Below, piece by piece: positions 12,401 to 28,037 of a stretch of 64,000 nt of DNA. The stretch's first letter is position 1. Every line of letters starts with the position of its first letter. The DNA comes from the human T2T-CHM13v2.0 reference genome, Homo sapiens: assembly GCF_009914755.1 (NCBI RefSeq), contig NC_060926.1; one strand, given 5' to 3'. The notes below the pieces were generated by a model. The model did no database searches. It worked only from the letters and a program-made list of their open reading frames with translations, and was not told where the DNA came from. The translations under genes were made by a program, and so were the position numbers.

Positions 12401-15249
12401 TCAGGCTCTATTGTCCTCTATTAATTTCCTCTATGCTAAATATTCCAGTTTCATCTATAATTCCTCCAGAAAAGTGATGTCATAAAACTACCTTTTATCT
12501 CAATTCCCTTCTTAAACTAGTCCTCTTAAAATGCAGATGAGAACTAGGCAGCATGTTGCAGGAAAAGTCTGACCAACACGTGGTTAGAGAGCAATTCCCT
12601 TTCTCGTACTGCCAACTTCGCCACTAGGAATACCACCAACACTGCCAGGAGCTCTGTGCCTAGAAACACCAGGTCAAGTGAAATTGTGGTCACCTAAAAT
12701 CCCTAACTATAATTAATTAAGGTTGCCCTTATACTCTTTTTTTTTTTTTAGAACTAAATTAACCTTTCTAAAAACAAAAATTCTGTTGAACTCTACCTTA
12801 ATTGCTTAGGCCATCATTCCAGCTCTTGGAAACCTTTACTCTTTGCCATTCATGTCATCTTTTCTTACAAATTTTGTGTTATCTACAAATGTAATGAGCC
12901 TCCTGTCTTTGGCTTCAGATTAATTGATTAAAAATATTGGCCTGTGGTTTGCCAAATATAAACCTCCCTCTATGGATTCAGTATTCAAAATTCTTCACTC
13001 AGTTACTTCACAACTTTTTTGAATCCACATTTAACCATTTGATCTACAGAATAGAGAAGAGAATAAGTATTATATTCTGCTTAGGGTCAAAATTTATTTC
13101 TTTTCCTTTTCTTCTTTTATTGTCTGCTTTCTTTTCTTCATTCCTTCACATTTTCATATGGCATATCCTTGTCTTCTAAATGGTCCCTTTTCCTGTGTGC
13201 TCATTTTGCTTCGAAGAAAAGAACCTTCAATGTGTTTTTTGGGATTCCTTGGTTTTCCGCCCATATGCAGCCCTAGCTGAGTCTGCACTTGCTCCTGAGG
13301 CTGATTGCCCTGTGCCAAGCCTCAAACCCTGTGCAGGGGAGGGATTTCCCTGATGCTTATTAGCATCTGGCAGAGGACGAAGCTCTGAGAATTTCAACAA
13401 CATCCCCAGACCAATTCATTTTCATCCATCTCTAGAATTACATCAAATGTAAGTCTCCTCAAACATCAAATGGGGGGGTTTAAAGAAAATTAAACACAAA
13501 TTATACGTGTGTTTTGGGATGCAGGAGAGGTGTAGGGAGAAAGAAATTATTACATAGTCCTCAGCAGGCTTCTCACTTTAATCTCAGCATTATTGCATCT
13601 ATAATCAGATGAATATTGATGACAGGAAAAGAGAGAGATTGCCTTGAAGGCTGCTTCAAGGCACACATCAACCAATTGTTCATTATCCAATTGAAAGATG
13701 GTATTAGAGTAAACTGCTTTGGGAATCAAAGAATTCGTGGTAGATATTCTGCTGAACAGCTCTGTGGTAACATGTCACCTGCTCCTGCCTCATCAAAATG
13801 TTTCACCTGGAAATAGTAATGCCACAATTGTATAGGGCTAAGGAAGACCTTCTAACATTTGTCCAAGCGAGTGATTTTACTTTGAAAAAGGTTTGGCTTT
13901 TTCATATAACTTTGTGACTATTATTATTATAAAATAAATTAAATGTTGTTCAGGGTAAACAAGCAGACCTATTCTCAAGTGTGGAAAGTGGGTGATTAAT
14001 GGATTAATGAGTTAAACATCTTAATTACTGATTTTTTCCTTTATATTGAATCCCCTCATTTAGACAAATCAATAAGGACATTAGATTATTACCTCTTATT
14101 TAAAGAACATTATCTCAAACACAGATTTATTACTCTTGAGTTACCTTGTGAATGAAAAAGATGAGCTCTGGAGTCATTAGAACCTTTGCAAACCTGGCAA
14201 GATATAGTCAACCTCAGCTAAGGAAGAAGAGTGGTAGGTGGCTGAATGATTACTGTGTCTTAATATTTCAGAGGGAACCCCAAGACCTTGGTGCCAGGTT
14301 AATTGGTACTTCAAACCTATGATAAATCCTAGAGAATGATGGAAAGTTTGGGTCAGCAGCCAAAAAGCTAAAGGTGAAAATGAATCAGTGTCTCTTAATA
14401 ATGGAACTTTATGACTTACTCATTCATACCCTCATTAATTCATTCAGTATATATTGAGAGACTATGATGTGTCAGAACTTCTCTTAGCATCACAATACTC
14501 TTACAACCTTGTACAAATCCTTTATCTTCTCTAAGTCTAAATTTTACTAGACAGGTGTTTACCACAAGGAGTTGTGAGGTTTAGTGAGTCATGTATGTAA
14601 GACTCAAGCAGAGTGACTGGTTGGACACTTAATAAACCCTCTTCCCTTTCCCTGAGCACTGAGACCTCCTTTTCAGGTAATTTATGATAATGTGAAGTGA
14701 ATTCCATGTCTTAGCAACAAATTTCTCCCTACAGTCTTAGATCAAGAAGAATTGTGAGTAATGTAAGTTTTCAGATGAAATTAAAGTATTTAAATATTAT
14801 TACAAGTGATAAAATATTTTTGCAATCCATGAAGTCCAAGGACGTCACTGTTTGCCAAATAGCACTCTGAGGCTTGCTGACAGCCGTACATGCAAACTTA
14901 CACATTTCTTGAGACTCTTTGTTTTATAGCAAACATGAGGAATGACTTCCTTTCATTTATCAATTCTTACTAGAGTGTTTTTTAGTAATACTTAAAAAAT
15001 CTAATAAACTAATTTTATAAGGTACAAAAAAGTGTAAAATTGCCCACGTTAACTATCACTATATGCAGAAAGTTTCAGCTACTCTGATATCTTAACAGAA
15101 TAGACTCGAGGGAAATGAAAGATAATTTTGTAGATTGAGTGTGGTTGTTGTAATTGTCTTCTGATTTATACTCTAAATTTGAAATAATTTTGAAAAAAAT
15201 CTAAAGATAGATTATTGTGGAACTGCCAAATGCATATACCAAACTGTTA

Positions 15250-15830
15250 CTTCATTAATTCAATCAATGATTTAGACAATAAATATTAATGAGTACCTAC
15301 TGTTTGCTAGGCACTGTGCCTGGGACTCCAAATTAAATTACATATTTCTCAGCATCGAGGAGTTTTCTCTGATGAGAAAGAGATGTAAACAAATACAGTT
15401 CTGTAAGGTAATTGACAATAGATGTTCTAAGAGCAGGGGGGAATATGAGAAAGTCTATCTACATGGGGAATTGGGGTAGCCATCAGAGAGGAGGCAAGCT
15501 GACACGAGAAGGGTGAGTGGGAGATTATCATGTGTGTGTGTAGGATGAAGATGTCTGGCAATGAGAACAGAACAAGAAAAGTATGAAAGCCTGAGGGAGC
15601 CTGGAGTGGCCCGGGGGAAAAGTAGGTTAGTGTTGTTAAGTGTAAATTACCCTGAAAGCAGGAAAGGCTGGTGAGAAATGGTAGAGAGCCCAGATTATAA
15701 GAGCCTTGTATAGCAGGCAAATGTATGCCAATGTTTTTCCCACTGTATAGGTTGTGGGGGAAGTTATTGAAGAATTTTGAAGAGAGAAGTTCCATAATCA
15801 CTTTGGTATGTTTAGGTTCTGAAAGAAGAT
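15250..15830 (-). mobile_element. L2 3' fragment
   Basis: aataaatattaatgagtacctactgtttgctaggcactgtgcctgg followed by purine-rich L2 antisense sequence. Confidence 0.55.
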
Positions 15831-16277
15831 TCACAATATTCTGATTGTTTTGTTGTTTATAAGTTACAGAAATGGCACGCACACCCTTTTGTTCCTAGGG
15901 GTTTCAATAGTTCTTGTTGTAATAGAATTGAGGGATGCCAAAAGCAATATTTGAACTAAGTGATACATTAGAATTATAATAAGAATCTGTGAGCAGATTT
16001 TTAGTTAACAGGTTTTTAATAGGCTGTGATGCAATCCCTAATGGAGAAGCTTTAATTATGAAAGATAGCCTGCCTCTAATGGAAATTCAGCTGGGTATGT
16101 TTTTATTGCTCAGTGAATTAAAAGGTTTATATAGGATTACATTGTTAAGATTCTTGGAGAAAAACATATAAACACCAAATGAAAACTTTCCACTCTTTTC
16201 TTTATCTTTTGCAGCAAAGCGGTTAATATTCCAGAAATGAAAATCATTTAAATTTTGCATAATTTTTATAATTTCAG

Positions 16278-16366
16278 GGGTTAAGCATCTGAAAGGCCAG
16301 AATGAATCAGCGTTCCCTGAAGAAGAAGAAGGCACCAATGAAAGAGAGGAGCAGCGGGACCATTAA
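16278..16366 (+). CDS. PPP1R1C: Last coding exon of protein phosphatase 1 regulatory inhibitor subunit 1C (IPP5)
   Basis: Acceptor tttttataatttcag|GG; phase-1 frame gives (G)VKHLKGQNESAFPEEEEGTNEREEQRDH* (TAA 16364-16366), matching the PPP1R1C C-terminus as I recall it; upstream exons lie outside the window. Confidence 0.95.
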
Positions 16367-16760
16367 TTACTGGTCTGCAGCAAGAAGGCTTCTTGGAAAT
16401 AACTGAACTATTAACTTTTCTGAGTATACCATGGAATTCCACTGCTTGACTTCCAGAAGCATCCTCCATCTCTGCACCCCACACTCATACAGTAGCTATG
16501 CACATCCTGGAAGTCTCCTTGACTGAACTTTAGAACTAAGTACACATTGTTCCACATCACTTATAATTAAAGAATAAGCATTTATTTTACAGTGATTCTT
16601 CTTTTTAACTATGTAAAAATTTGCATACATGTGACTGTTCTAACTTTAATACTGCCAGAGCTTAATCCTTGATGTCCTACTGATAAGGTTTGCATTCTAA
16701 CAACACATGTAAATAACATCACTTTAAGAGTAAAAAATAAATAGTAAACACATTTAGACA
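16367..16760 (+). other. PPP1R1C: PPP1R1C 3'UTR (proximal form; 3' end approximate)
   Basis: Follows the stop codon; ends near AATAAA 16736-16741; second AATAAA at 16803-16808. Confidence 0.7.
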
Positions 16761-16780
16761 TGAGTGTGTGTGTGTGTGGG
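16708..16780 (+). terminator. Polyadenylation site: UGUA/Pumilio-type element, AATAAA, GU-rich downstream element
   Basis: TGTAAATA 16708-16715, AATAAA 16736-16741, CA near 16759-16760, (GT)n at about 16764-16778. Confidence 0.65.
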
Positions 16781-17829
16781 TTTAGCTTAAAGAGAAATAT
16801 CTAATAAAGCTTTTAGCTTGAGATTTGCATTGATCATATTTCTGTATTCAGAACAGAACACAATGTTCATTTTTAAATGATGAAGAAATGCCAGTTTTCT
16901 TGATTCAATACAGCACAATATTAGATACTAAACATCTTTTTCCCACCAACAACACATTAATGGTTGATTATACAACTACAGAATTCTCTTCATTTTCTAA
17001 GCTTCAAGATATATATTTCCCAGCATTTTCTCTAGTTATTAAGAAAGAAGAATGATAAATCCAAAAATCTATGCCAAATCTTCCTACCTCCTCTTTTAGC
17101 TATTACTTGAAATTTGGGCCATCTATTTCCTATTGCATTTTGATAAATAATATAGCAGTTTATAAATCTTCCATATCATAAAATAAGAAATTCCATTAAT
17201 TCATTCATATAGTCATTTATTCATTAATTAAACAAATATCTTTTATGAGCTTATCCCTAGGAAGGTACTATGCTGCGAATTATAGAAATAAAAGAAAGAT
17301 ACTTTTACCCCTATAGAACTGGCAGAAAAGATAAAGCATTAGCATAAAGCAAGATTTTATATGACAGTGTATATTTATTGAATATGGCTTTTTCATAATT
17401 TAAAATTCTGGGCATTTTGAACAATTTTAATTATACATTATTTGTGAAGGCAAAGTATCTAAACTACAAAATTTAGGGGGAATGGAAGAATACTCAGTTT
17501 GGTCCTTTATTAATAATATTAATGAAATTCAAATGTATCATGGATAAAAAATAAAAAAATTTCTCAAAAGTCAGTAAAGGACAAATGAAGGCAGGAAGAA
17601 AAAATCAAATGTGTAATCCACTGTGGGATCTTAATATCAAGATTCAAATATGTAAAATGATTGCTTTTAATTTTGAATATGAGTTTTGTAATGTAGAAGT
17701 TAAGAGAGTTTTATGGAGCTATAAGAGAATGCAGTGAGTTGACAACCATTTTCCTTAGTATTTTTCCCCAAGAAAATAAGTGTGAAACCCGTTGATAAGC
17801 ATACCACATGTATAAATGACTATTCTAGA

Positions 17830-17960
17830 TTCCTCTCTCTCTCCTTCTGTTCCTTTCTTCTGTCTTTCTCCCTCCCTCCTTCTCTTCCTTTCTTTCTTCC
17901 TTTTCTCTCTCCCTCTCTCCCCTTCTCCCTCTCCTTCTCTGTCTTTCTCCACCCCTCCCA
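17830..17960. repeat. CT-rich low-complexity tract
   Basis: Nearly pure pyrimidine run (ctctctctctccttctgttcctttcttc...). Confidence 0.9.
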
Positions 17961-17973
17961 TGACTTTTTCTTT

Positions 17974-19556
17974 TTTTTTTAAATTATACTTTAAGCTTTA
18001 GGGTACATGTGCACAACATGCAGGTTTGTTACATATGTATACATGTGCCGTGTTGGTGTGCTGCATGCATTAACTCGTCATTTAACATTAGGTATATCTC
18101 CTAATGCTATCCCTCCCCCCACCACCCACCCCACAGCAGGCCCCGGTGTGTGATGTTCCCCTTCCTGTGTCCGTGTGTTCTCACTGTTCAATTCCCACCT
18201 ATGAGTGGGAACATGTGGTGTTTGGTTTTTTTGTCCTTGCAATAGTTTGCTGAGAATGATGGTTTCCAGCTTCATCCATGTCCCTACAAAGGACATGAAC
18301 TCATCATTTTTTATGGCTGCATAGTATTCCATGGTGTATATGTGCCACATTTTCTTAATCCAGTCTATCATTGTTGGACATTTGGGTTGGTTCCAAGTCT
18401 TTGCTATTGTGAATAGTGCCGCAATAAACATACGTGTGCGTGTGTCTTTATAGCAGCATGATTTATAATCCTTTGGGTATATACCCAGTAATGGGATGGC
18501 TGGGTCAAATGGTATTTCTACTTCTAGATCCCTGAGGAATCACCACACTGACTTCCACAATGGTTGAACTAGTTTACAGTCCCAACAACAGTGTAAAAGT
18601 GTTCCTATTTCTCCACATCCTCTCCAGCACCTGTTGTTTCCTGACTTTTTAATGATCACCATTCCAACTGGTGTGAGATGGTATCTCATTGTGGTTTTGA
18701 TTTGCATTTCTCTGATGGCCAGTGATGATGAGCATTTTTTCATGTGTCTGTTGGCTGCATAAATGTCTTCTTTTGAGAAGTGTCTGTTCATATCCTTCAG
18801 CCACTTTTTGATGGGGTTGTTTGTTTTTTTCTTGTAAGTTTTTTGGAGTTCACTGTAGATTCTGGATATTAGCCCTTTGTCAGATGAGTAGATTGCAAAA
18901 ATGTTCTCCCATTTTGTAGGTTGCCTGTTCACTCTGATGGTAGTTTCTTTTGCTGTGCAGAAGGTCTTTGGTTTAATTAGATCCCATTTGTCAGTTTTGG
19001 CTTTTGTTGCCATTGCTTTTGGTGTTTTAGGCATGAAGTCCTTGCCCATGCCTATGTCCTGAATGGTATTGCCTAGGTTTTCTTCTAGGGTTTTTATGGT
19101 TTTAGGTCTAACATTTAAGTCTTTAATCCATCTCGAATTAATTTTTGTATAAGGTGTAAGGAAGGGATCCAGTTTCAGCTTTCTACATATGGCTAGCCAG
19201 TTTTCCCAGCACCATTTATTAAATAAGGAATCCTTTCCCCATTTCTTGTTTTTGCCAGGTTTGTCAAAGATCAGATGGTTGTAGATATGCGGCATTATTT
19301 CTGAGGGCTCTGTTTTGTTCCATTGGTCTATATCTGTTTTGGCACCAGTACCATGCTGTTTTGGTTACTGTAGCCTTGTAGCTGAAGGAAGTAGAGACAC
19401 AAAAAACCCTTCAAAAAATCATTGAATCCAGGAGCTGGTTTTTTGAAAAGATCAACAAAATTGATAGATCGCTAGCAAGACTAATAAAGAAGAAAAGAGA
19501 GAAGAATCAAATAGATGCAATAAAAAATGATAAAGGGGATATCACCACCGATCCCC
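17974..19556 (-). mobile_element. 5'-truncated, 5'-inverted L1PA3/PA4-like element with TSD
   Basis: polyT plus antisense L1 3'UTR/ORF2 C-terminus (17974-19380; ORF 18540-19295), then sense-strand L1 ORF2 piece 19381-19556; TSD tgactttttcttt at 17961-17973 and 19557-19569. Confidence 0.92.
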
Positions 19557-20249
19557 TGACTTTTTCTTTGTTAAGCCAAAACTTTCTGGAATTTCTATAC
19601 CACCTGCTATGACTCTTTGTTTATTTCTCAAGTTTCTCTCTACTTAAAACCTGATTAAGGCCCTTATTTATTTTAAGTGATTTTGAATTACTTGTGTTTG
19701 GAAAACATCTCAATGCCCCTTGAGAGTATTTGAGACACCCTGAGGTGCTAAACATAACATTGCCCTTCCCTTTCCTTGAACAGATGCTTTTAAAATGCTT
19801 TTTCAAAGGGACTCAGGCAAACAAAAAGAAACCAAAGCTTTTGCTGATTTTGTAACATCATTTAGGGTAATATACAGTATAGCTTCTGGATTTTTCTGTT
19901 CTGTTCTCCATTCCTAAAAAAAAACACAAAGAAATCAAAATTAAGAACATAAGTTTTCTTTGGGAAATGGTTTCTTCCATTCTGTTCTCCACTCTCAAAA
20001 CACAGAGAGAATTCAATTAAAAGCTTAAGTTTTCTTTGAGAAATATGTTGACTTTCTCAGAAATTTGAAGGAAACCAGTTGAGATAATGGCTTTTCACTT
20101 TACTTTTCACACAATTATAGTTTTCAAAAAAATTTTTTTCTAGAAGCCAACTTGGCTTCAGTTTGGAAGAATGGGCAAAGAAACTGACCAAAGCAAAGCA
20201 AAACAGAAACTATATTTCCCAGACCACATTTATAATATAATTGTTTGTA

Positions 20250-20430
20250 GCTGGACTTTGAGTCATTCTGACTTGGATTCAACTCCAGGCTCTACCAGAT
20301 TTCAGACTCAGTTTCTTCATTTGTAAAATAGGTACAATCATACCTAACCTGCTGGGTTGTTGTGAGGCTTAAATGAGATAAGACCTATAAAATACTTAGC
20401 CAAGCTTAGTGAGCATTTAATAATTGGTAT
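20250..20430 (+). mobile_element. MIR fragment
   Basis: ctcagtttcttcatttgtaaaataggtacaatcatacctaacctgctgggttgttgtgaggcttaaatgagataa. Confidence 0.7.
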
Positions 20431-20541
20431 ATATTATTATTATTAGAGTTAGAAAGGACCTCAGAGGCCTTCTATCTTAACTTTATCTACTTCATGATCC
20501 TCTTCAACATCATGAACAAGTGATTAATCACCCCACTTATT

Positions 20542-20870
20542 TTACTTTTTATTTTTATTTATTTATTTATTTTTTGAGATGGAGTCTCGCTCTGTCACCA
20601 GGCTGGAGTACAGTGGCACCATCTCGGCTTACTGAAACCTCCACCTCCCGGGTTCAAGCGATTCCCCTGCCTCAGCCTCCCAAGTAGCTGGGACTACAGG
20701 TGCCCACCACCACGCCCAGCTGATTTTTGTTTGTTTGTTTGTTTTGTATTTTAGTAGAGACGGGGTTTCGCCATATTGTCCAGGATGGTCTCGATATCCT
20801 GACCTCATAATCCGCCCGCCTCAGCCTCCCAAAGTGCTGGGATTACAGGCGTGAGCCCCCGTTCCCGGCC
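20542..20870 (-). mobile_element. Alu, AluSc-like
   Basis: Reverse Alu with tctgtcaccaggctgg and ccaggatggtctcgat; TSD-like accccacttatt/accctacttatt. Confidence 0.92.
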
Positions 20871-21631
20871 TACCCTACTTATTCTTGAATAACTCCAGTT
20901 CCAAGCCAACCAAAAGTTTTGATTGTTCTTCTATGTGTTAAACTCTCCCCTTCTACACCTTTCCTGCTTCTTTGATTCATCTCTGAAAACTCCAGATATT
21001 AAAGAACATTCTGATGTCATTTCTTTGATAAAATGTCATCAGTTCCTCCCAAACTTCTCTTCTCCTCCTGGCCACTCACTTTTGGATCCTGTTTAGTTGT
21101 TTACACTGACTCTAAGAAAGGCTCTGTCAGGTGAATAAGTTAGGGGTTATTTTTCTATCCTCTTATACGTGAGGAACAGGCAGACTGTGGCAGAGTCAGG
21201 CAGGATTCTTGACTAGAGTTATTTCTATTGGACGATAATTTTGTAACCCTTTATTCTTCCCAGAGTTATCCAAGGTAAGGGTATTTATAAAAAAAAAATT
21301 ACTCACTAATTTTTTTACCATTCACTTTTAGTGTTAATTTAATATATGCCAATGTTTTATACATTATGGAGAACAATATAATTTTAGGTTGGCCAGGAAA
21401 AATCCTTTTTTTTATAGTTACAAATATGATTATAATGTGTATTAGAAGAAATACATATCCAGCAACCCCAAATCCATGATTCCATACCTATTATGCTTAG
21501 GATGAGGCAAGTTTAAAGTGTGAGTATATTTTAGGTTTATTTAAAGAAAAATTTAGTAAAAGTGGTACCCCAATCAAAAAAGTAATATATAATTGAACGA
21601 AAGTTTGGAAGCACTAGTTTTTTGTTTTTTT

Positions 21632-21914
21632 GAGGAAATGATAATTTTATTGGGATTGCTAGCTAACCACTTTGGCTCTGTAGGGACAATGCACCCATTT
21701 CAACAGATGCATATTTAAATATGGAAAGATAAAATGGCATGATGTGTGAGATTTACTTTTAAATACGTAAGCCAAAACAGACATAAAGTAAGCAAGAAAA
21801 AAAAGAAAAAATATTGTTAGATAAATCAAGTAGGTGAAGTGTTCAAGAAACTAGGTCAGTGGTACTGTGAGATGTCCTACATTCTGGAGTTGTCTCTGTT
21901 TTTTCCTGGCACTA
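21632..21914 (-). other. Probable L1 3'-transduced sequence
   Basis: Sits between the L1 tail and a second polyT (ending 21631); minus-strand AATAAA at 21646-21651; enclosed with the L1 by one TSD. Confidence 0.75.
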
Positions 21915-25107
<3,193 letters not shown>

Positions 25108-28026
25108 GGAAGCACTGGTTTTAAATATTGTCATAGCAAACAACTTAAGTGTAAGTATTACAGAGTTCATTTAATTGTAATATAGATTTATGCATTCATA
25201 AATAAACCATATATATTGTATTTTTTTAAAAGTCTTTATATGTTTTTTTGGCCACTATCAAAAAGCAAACAGTTTAATTGCAAAATGAATAATAGAAAAA
25301 GCATGTCTACTTATGTTAAAGTGTCTATATACATATACAATTTTTAATATTTGCTTTCTCTGAGTAAGCAGAATGTAGAAGAAATGCCTTTACTTATTTT
25401 CTAACTCAGTGATTCCAAAAACCAGTCCTCAAAGCTCCATTAGTTGCATTAATTAATAAGAAATGTCTATGTTGCTGAAATGTCTATTTTGTCTATGTTA
25501 ACAAAATTAAATTGTTAGATTTTATAACATCATAACATTTTGAAGAACTATATCAGAGAAGAGCTTTATAAAAATGCTAGGGGGAATGTTTGGTTTTAAA
25601 TGACATTTTAAGTGAGTAAACATCTCACGTAATATGTGAGATGCAAACATCTCACATAATTCACACAGCAATGCAGCATTGTCCTGTAAATTCTGAAATA
25701 ATCAACATGAATGATAGGTGCCTGATGACATTTTGTAAAGAGGCTACCACTCAACCGTAGGTCTTTCCTTGACATTTATTTTGTGGACACAGACATTGTG
25801 TGTAGGGGTGCAGCCACTTCCCCTACTGAATATAATAATATATTTCATGCAGGCAATGGAGACTTGGTGTATAGAGGGAAGATGAACAAGAGACTGGATT
25901 AGAGAGAAAAGTAGGTAAAGGAGGGAATTTGTAACTTGGAGACAAGGGAAAAATTCTTGATGAAGTAAATTAAAATGATATTGGATTCATCTTTGTTTTT
26001 AATTTCTTACGCTATAAACATGACTTAACAGGGTTTTCCCTTTTCTCTGAATTTCAGTAACAATGAAGCTAATTCGAAGGAACGAACATAGTGAGAATCC
26101 CAGCAGTATATAAAATTACCATATTAGAATCCTGAAAGTAACAGAATATTAGAGTATATTCAGCAAATAATTCTTCAGACAAAGTGTTAACTTACAAGGC
26201 AGACAGTTACCAGAAGTCCAGCTGAACTTTGGTGACATAAACTTGTAAGGTTTGTGGAGCACATTACCATGACTTTGTTTTCAAGAGGTGAGAGCAGTCT
26301 AGAGGGGCTAGCATTTTCTGAGCTGGAAAATGAGTCACAGTTCTGGTCTATGGCCCTCATTTTACAGGTAGAAAAAGTGAGGCCTAGAGAATTTTTCTTC
26401 AAATTTACATTTAGAAAGTTCAAAATTGTGTCATGTAGAAAATTATTTGGCAGCAAATAAAAGAAAAACCAGCAAACAATGGTGTAGAGATATGTTTATG
26501 TCAAGAAATAAAATGTCTAGGACTGGAATAGTGAATCAAGACACCAACAAGCAACAGGCAATTTTCATTTTTCTTAACATTCTCAGAGTTGTAAACTCAC
26601 ATCTCAACCAAGCTGCTGCTCCAAGCATCTGGTCAGTCCAAGTAGAAAGAACAGTGGGAAGAAAAGGGGAAGAACCAATAACAAAGAAGCAAAACTTTTT
26701 TAGAAATCTTGAACTAATGTCTCGTAGGCCAGAACTGTGTCACCGGACTATCCCTTGATGCAACGGTGTTGGAGAAAGTAAATATTTTTAACCAGGTGCC
26801 TTGCCACATCCCAGCTAAATTAGGGTTCTCATAGTGAAAGTCAGCATAGGTATTTGTTGAACGTTCAGCAGTATCTGATTCCCAAGTGAACAGAGTTTTG
26901 GGATTTTCTTCTTCCTTAAGGCATTTAAATGAACCACAGACTATTCATATTTGTCAAGGAGTTAAAAATATTAACATTCTGTAGACATTTTTGCCAATTA
27001 AAAATGCATATATTAGGTAATACGGGCTGGATAGAACCAGTCAGATATTATTAACTGTTCTGTGCTGTTTTTCATAGGATTATTTGGTGAAGTTTTAAAA
27101 GGTATCCTTTACAAACACAAGACCAAAATTCTAGTTCATTATTCAATAAATATGTAGGAATACCTATGACATGCTAAACATTGTTTAAGTGCTGCTGATT
27201 CTAGGTATTAATAAGAAGTGAGAGTCCTTAAACTCATGGGTGTATATTTTAGTGTTTGAAGGCAGTCAAATACATGTAAACTAATAAAGTAATGAAATCA
27301 TCTCTGATAATGATAAGTTTCTGGAAGGAAATAAAACGGTAATATTGCAAAAGGTAGCGTCTCCTTTTTATCAAAGCTGTGTGACATTGGGCAAGTCCCT
27401 TAACCACTCTAGAACTGAGTTTTCTGCTCGGTAAAACGTGGAGAATGATACAATAGAAGATCAGAGAATCTTGTCAGGGCCCCTCTGACTCTAAGATCTG
27501 TTTCTCCTTTCTAATTTTCTTTCAAGAACTGCAGGCAAGTTGTAAAGGAAAAAAGAAGAGATGAGAATAGACAGAAAGCAGCAGTATTATGAGAATATGG
27601 GCTCAGAAGAGAAATGATATCTGTGTGCTTGTATGACAGCCAACGGAATAAAATTGCTTGAGTTAGAAATGCATGAACACACACATGCATATGTATGTAT
27701 GTATATATGCATGTATGTATGTAATAAAATGAGCATTGTAACCAGTTGATTTTTGTCTTTTAAAATTTCCCTTTAGAAAATGACCTAAATAGTGACGATC
27801 AGTTTTTTTGCTTGTTGTTTGTTTTTAAAATTTAGAAGTTCTTCCAGGAAAACTTTCCTCTTACAAATCACTAATTGGATAATTGACTCTATCCTAGCAT
27901 ACAAGCTTTGTTGCTACTAAGTGCTGCATACCAGGTTTTTCCCTTTACAGAGATTTACATGACATAGTATTAAATCCTCTGGAAAGTTTCCACTGTGTTC
28001 TGAAGTATTTTCTTTTTCTCCTCCAG

Positions 28027-28037
28027 GTGCAAAATGA
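28027..28037 (+). CDS. PPP1R1C: Candidate alternative terminal exon of PPP1R1C, coding part (G)AK*
   Basis: Strong acceptor tattttctttttctcctccag|GTGCAAAATGA; the same phase-1 junction gives G-A-K-stop; candidate AATAAA at 30414-30419. Confidence 0.4.

Noticed and set aside
18540-19295. 251-aa ORF, the longest in the track
   Set aside because: C-terminal fragment of L1 ORF2 in a 5'-truncated element with no promoter.
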